Source: Verrucomicrobiia bacterium
Lineage (GTDB): Bacteria > Verrucomicrobiota > Verrucomicrobiia > Palsa-1439
Reading direction: 5' to 3'
Length of the DNA: 64,000 nucleotides
NCBI GenBank assembly: GCA_035515475.1
Contig: DATJBF010000008.1
Span: 1,899 to 65,898 of the forward strand
The translations under genes were made by a program, and so were the position numbers. This document shows, piece by piece, positions 60,141-64,000 of this stretch. The notes under the pieces are model-generated. The model was not told the DNA's origin, searched no databases, and saw only the letters and a list, made by a program, of their open reading frames with translations. The stretch's first letter is position 1; every line of letters starts with the position of its first letter.

Positions 60141-61679
60141 ATGAAGAAGATTCAATGGGGAGGAATTGGGGTTATCGTGATGGTGCTTGTATTCGGAATC
60201 CTGCTTGTCCCGCCGGCGCAGGCGGACACCATCCAGGTGAACGTTGGGGAAGCGGTGACGATTCCGGGTGAGAACGTTTCAAAGATTGCCATTGCCGACC
60301 CGGCAGTAGCTGACGTAGTGCCGCTCTCAGACAAGGAATTGAGCGTCATCGGCAAGAAGGCAGGCGTCACCACGCTGACGATTGTGAAGAGCGATGGTTC
60401 AGCAACTCAGTTGCACCGCATCGAGGTGGGAAATGATGCTGTTGCTTCCACAATCCGCCAGATGATAGGCCAGTCGGGCGTCAACGTGCGCGCCGTGGGC
60501 GACACGCTGGTGCTGGATGGCCGCGTGGAAAACGAACTCCAAGCTCAACGGGCGGCGCAGATCGCATCTGCGTATAAGGACAAGGTCCTCAACCTCATTG
60601 AGGTCGAGAAGCCGCGGCAGATCAGGATCCGCACCCGGGTCGCCGAGGTGAATAGCGCGGCACTCAAGAATGTCGGGTTCCAATGGCTCGGCTCAGGTGG
60701 TGAGGTGAGGTATGCATTGGATTTCGCCGGGGGTGGATCGATTATCCACGGGCTCGTGCAACCGGAAAGCGCCGGTGGGCCGACCGTCACTCAGCCCAAC
60801 ACGGTGGATATTGGCGCGGATGTAATTCTGCAATTGCTGATCACCAAGAACTTCGCGCGGCTGCTGTCGGAACCGACTCTCGTAACCTTGAGTGGCAAGG
60901 AAGCCAGCTTCCTTGTCGGCGAGGAGGTTCCCATCGTGCAGCAGTTGCCGCAATCGTTTACCGTTGAGTTCAAGGAGGTCGGCGTGCGGATGAACATCAA
61001 ACCCACTGCCGATAGTCAGAACCAGATTAACACAGTGTTGCACGCGGAAGTCAGCCAGGTGCTAGGCACCGGGGCGTTTGGCATTCCGATCATTGGCTCC
61101 AAGAAGGCCGATACCACCCTTCAGGTCAAGGATGGACAGACGGTGGTCATCGGCGGGCTTTTGGAAAACAACATCAACACCGACACGCTGAGAAAAGTAC
61201 CGTGGTTGGCGGACATTCCGCTATTCGGCTACCTGTTTCGAAACAGGCAATTCCAGCAGTCCCAGCGCGAAGTCTTGTTCTTCATGACACCTGAGATTGT
61301 GAAGAATGTTGACGCGGCGACGGCGGGAGCAGCCCAGACGCTTTTGATGAAGGAATGGGTTCGCACCAAGTCCAAAGAAAAGCTGTTGAAGGTGACACCT
61401 CTTGACGAACTGTTCCCCGCGGGCATGCAGCGCGGCTCTTCGAACGAGAAGGCGCCCGCTGAGAAGCCATCCCCGGTCGCGCAACCGGCCGCTAAACCGG
61501 CACCCGTCTCGAAGCCGGCGCCGCAACCAGCGCCGGCCCCGAAAGCTGCGGCGGCCAAGCCTGCGGCAGTTGAGCAATCGGCGGCGGTTGAGAAACCGGC
61601 TCCGAAGAAGCCTGCCCCAGCGGTTCAGACGGAGGAACCGACGACGAACTTTTCGCCGGCGCGACCTGCGGGACAATGA
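60141..61679 (+). CDS. cpaC: Flp pilus secretin CpaC/RcpA with C-terminal Pro/Ala-rich low-complexity tail
   Basis: Signal peptide; N-terminal pilus-formation/BON-like region; secretin C-domain 'VPWLADIPLFGYLFRNRQFQQSQREVLFFMTPEIV'; tail 'PAAKPAPVSKPAPQPAPAPKAAAAKPAA'. Confidence 0.85.
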   Translation: MKKIQWGGIGVIVMVLVFGILLVPPAQADTIQVNVGEAVTIPGENVSKIAIADPAVADVVPLSDKELSVIGKKAGVTTLTIVKSDGSATQLHRIEVGNDAVASTIRQMIGQSGVNVRAVGDTLVLDGRVENELQAQRAAQIASAYKDKVLNLIEVEKPRQIRIRTRVAEVNSAALKNVGFQWLGSGGEVRYALDFAGGGSIIHGLVQPESAGGPTVTQPNTVDIGADVILQLLITKNFARLLSEPTLVTLSGKEASFLVGEEVPIVQQLPQSFTVEFKEVGVRMNIKPTADSQNQINTVLHAEVSQVLGTGAFGIPIIGSKKADTTLQVKDGQTVVIGGLLENNINTDTLRKVPWLADIPLFGYLFRNRQFQQSQREVLFFMTPEIVKNVDAATAGAAQTLLMKEWVRTKSKEKLLKVTPLDELFPAGMQRGSSNEKAPAEKPSPVAQPAAKPAPVSKPAPQPAPAPKAAAAKPAAVEQSAAVEKPAPKKPAPAVQTEEPTTNFSPARPAGQ

Positions 61680-61728
61680 TATCAGATTGAGTTGAGATTA
61701 ACCGGTATTCTGGGACGCGCCGGAAGGA

Positions 61729-62976
61729 GTGCCGGCGGGAGTGATGCAGACAACAGATATGGAGTCGATAACTGTCATTATCGCCGAGAATGAATTGAGC
61801 GAGCGGGAGAAACTCAAGGGCTTGCTCAGTGGCGAGAAGGACATTCAGGTTGTAGGGGAAGCTCGCGACGGCAAGGAATGTCTCGATCTGGTTACTCGCC
61901 AGCGTCCCAGCGTTGTCCTGATCAAGGAGGACCTGCCGGTGGTCAATGGCCTGACCGCCGCCGAGCAAATTGCTACGGAAATGCCTGAAGTCGGGGTCAT
62001 TTTGCTCTTGGGCGGCTCGGAAGGCGAGGAAGTCTGGCACAAGATGCTGCGGGCGGGAATCAAGGAGTTTATCACGCGACCCCTCACGGCGGATCGTGTC
62101 TTGGAGGAAGTGCGCAAAGTGGCCGCCATCCAAGCTAAGGCAGCGAAGCGCACGGCGACCACCGCCGGCGCGAGCGTGGCCGAGACCAAGGGCCCCAAAC
62201 GTCAGATCGTCACCGTGACCGGCCCGCGCGGCGGTTGTGGCAAGACGGTCATTGCCGCAAATCTGGCGGTGACCTTGGCCAACAGCAGTGAGAAGGTCGC
62301 CCTCGTGGACTTGAATCTGTGGGGCGGCGATGTTGCGATGCTCTTGGACATCAGCCCGAAGCGCACGTTGGGTGACTTGCTGCCGGGCTTCGGTGGGATT
62401 GACTACGACGTTGTTGACAGCGTGATGAACAAGCACGCTTCCGGAGTTTCGGTCTTGGCTGCGCCGTTGACAGGCACTTTCGATGGTTCGACGCTGTCAC
62501 GCTACATGGTACAGAGCATCTTGGAAGCCTTGCGCGAACACTACGAATTCACGGTCGTTGACACCGGCTACGCCAACCTGGAGTCCACGCTAGCGGCGAT
62601 GGATTACTCGGATTTGATTCTCGTCGTGGTGGGAATGGACCTGCCGCGGCTGCGCGATGGGAAACTGTATTTGAAGAACTTGATAGCCGCCAATTATCCC
62701 AAGGAAAAGATTCGCGTGGTCGTCAACCGCGCGGGCAACTCGAAGGAGATCTCGTCGTCAGAGGTCGAAGCGATTCTGGAATTCTCGGTGACGGCCCAAA
62801 TTCCAAGCGATGATACGCTGGTAGGCTCGTCGGTGAACCTGGGGCAGGCGTTCGTGGCGTCGAGTCCGAACAAACCGGTTTCCAGGGCGATTTTCAATCT
62901 GGCCGAAAAACTTGGGCCGATGGCTGTCGCCGCGGGCAAGAAGCGCCCGGGACGATGGTTTTCGTTTATGCAATGA
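61729..62976 (+). CDS. cpaE: CpaE/TadZ: atypical (pseudo-)receiver domain + MinD/ParA-like ATPase
   Basis: Receiver-like 'ITVIIAENE...PSVVLIKEDLPVVNG' (Lys at acceptor position); deviant Walker A 'GPRGGCGKTVIAANLA'. Confidence 0.8.
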   Translation: MPAGVMQTTDMESITVIIAENELSEREKLKGLLSGEKDIQVVGEARDGKECLDLVTRQRPSVVLIKEDLPVVNGLTAAEQIATEMPEVGVILLLGGSEGEEVWHKMLRAGIKEFITRPLTADRVLEEVRKVAAIQAKAAKRTATTAGASVAETKGPKRQIVTVTGPRGGCGKTVIAANLAVTLANSSEKVALVDLNLWGGDVAMLLDISPKRTLGDLLPGFGGIDYDVVDSVMNKHASGVSVLAAPLTGTFDGSTLSRYMVQSILEALREHYEFTVVDTGYANLESTLAAMDYSDLILVVVGMDLPRLRDGKLYLKNLIAANYPKEKIRVVVNRAGNSKEISSSEVEAILEFSVTAQIPSDDTLVGSSVNLGQAFVASSPNKPVSRAIFNLAEKLGPMAVAAGKKRPGRWFSFMQ

Positions 62977-63005
62977 AAACGACCTAGGAGGAGGTGCAGC
63001 AGATT

Positions 63006-64000
63006 ATGGCTTCCACTCCGGAGATCAGCACGCAGTTGTATGTGGAGTCCAAGAACGCAATCCTTGCGTACTTGGTTCAAAACATAGACCAGAAACTCTT
63101 GGAAAAGGGCGATGAAGCGTTGTTGCGTCGCCGGGTCGAGGAGTTGGTCGAAGAAAAACTCCGCTCTGAGAAGCTGCCGTTCTCACGGCAGATGCGCAAT
63201 CGTCTCGTATCCGACATGGCCGACGAAATTCTCGGCTTCGGCCCCATCGAACCCCTCCTGCGCGACCCGACTGTCACAGAAGTCATGATCAATCGCCCCG
63301 ACCAAGTGTACTGCGAACGTTTTGGCAAGCTCGAGTTGACGGACATTCAGTTTCGCGACTACGAGCACATCCGTCATGTCATCGACAAGATTGTAACCCC
63401 GCTCGGTCGGCGCGTCGATGAGTCCAGCCCGATGGTGGACGCGCGTTTGCCCGACGGCTCGCGCGTCAACGCGATCGTGCCTCCACTGTCCCTCAATGGC
63501 CCCGTGCTGACGATTCGCAAGTTCTCGGTCGACCCGTATACGGTGGAGGACCTGATCGGGTTCGGCACCATCACGCAGGGGATGGCAGCGTTCTTGGCCG
63601 CGTGCGTGAAGGTGAAGCTGAACATTATCGTGTCGGGCGGCTCCGGTGCCGGTAAGACGACGCTGTTGAACGTGCTGTCCTCGTTCATTCCTGAGGGCGA
63701 GCGTGTTGTCACTGTTGAAGACGCCGCAGAATTGAAGCTGCACCAACCGCATGTGGTGCGGCTCGAGTCTCGCCCGCCCAATATCGAGGGCAAGGGCGAA
63801 GTCAAGATTCGCGACTTGGTCCGCAACTGTCTCCGTATGCGCCCCGACCGCATCGTCGTCGGTGAAGTGCGTGGGGGCGAAGCGCTGGACATGTTGCAGG
63901 CGATGAACACGGGTCACGAAGGTTCGATTTCGACGATTCACGCCAACACGCCGCGCGACGCGCTGGCACGCCTGGAAACGATGGTGATGATGTCGGGCAT
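63006..64000 (+). CDS. cpaF: Type II/IV secretion ATPase CpaF/TadA (5' part; continues beyond window, so absent from ORF track)
   Basis: Translation from ATG 63006: '...VMINRPDQVY...NIIVSGGSGAGKTTLLN...DRIVVGEVRGGEALDMLQAMNTGHEGSISTIHANTP' (Walker A, Asp box, His box). Confidence 0.85.
   Translation, partial: MASTPEISTQLYVESKNAILAYLVQNIDQKLLEKGDEALLRRRVEELVEEKLRSEKLPFSRQMRNRLVSDMADEILGFGPIEPLLRDPTVTEVMINRPDQVYCERFGKLELTDIQFRDYEHIRHVIDKIVTPLGRRVDESSPMVDARLPDGSRVNAIVPPLSLNGPVLTIRKFSVDPYTVEDLIGFGTITQGMAAFLAACVKVKLNIIVSGGSGAGKTTLLNVLSSFIPEGERVVTVEDAAELKLHQPHVVRLESRPPNIEGKGEVKIRDLVRNCLRMRPDRIVVGEVRGGEALDMLQAMNTGHEGSISTIHANTPRDALARLETMVMMSG

Overview
This is a high-GC (~62%) chromosomal segment from a PVC-superphylum-like bacterium (Verrucomicrobia/Planctomycetes-type gene content; taxon not certain). 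Genes are densely packed, and on the non-coding strand there are many long antisense ORFs that I treat as GC artefacts. Fine-scale coordinates (alternative starts, motif positions) are approximate to about +/-3 nt; gene ends follow the supplied ORF track.

Gene content, in order:
- A class III adenylate/guanylate cyclase with TPR repeats.
- A block of three ECF sigma factor genes (2.4-7.6 kb). Two are fused to different C-terminal membrane/periplasmic extensions. The domain that extends ECF-fusion 2 also occurs as a free gene whose stop overlaps the start of the third, plain ECF sigma.
- An FHA protein, then a 1129-aa Ser/Thr kinase carrying a Zn-ribbon, a polytopic membrane region, a Toastrack-like (DUF4097-like) beta-repeat domain and a terminal Ig-like domain. 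A secreted stand-alone copy of that Ig-like domain and two secreted serine peptidases (S9, S41) follow.
- Housekeeping genes: surA-pdxA, pckA, radical-SAM, ferredoxin sulfite/nitrite reductase, era, ppc, HAD, a thioredoxin-like protein, a PfkB kinase, gltX, pgsA, fabI.
- A 1924-aa natural UvrA-UvrA tandem fusion. Its first module carries in-frame insertions made of short interspersed repeats. A (GGTTCAC)x4 microsatellite lies at the junction between the two modules.
- A sigma54-dependent NtrC-family activator whose receiver has Glu in place of the phospho-acceptor Asp, with no adjacent sensor kinase.
- An 8-kb minus-strand operon: a DUF2029/GT87-like glycosyltransferase, three tandem paralogous GT-C-like membrane proteins, and a membrane-embedded spermidine-synthase-fold protein. 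Another GT-C protein and a Tad/Flp pilus locus (flp, cpaB, cpaC, cpaE, cpaF with the 3' end cut by the window edge) follow. A near-consensus sigma54 promoter sits upstream of flp.

The main candidates for undescribed biology are:
1. The GT-C paralog array with the membrane SpeE-like protein, next to the sigma54-controlled Flp pilus.
2. The ECF-sigma / FHA / Toastrack-kinase module with its secreted Ig-domain paralog.
3. The repeat-invaded double UvrA.
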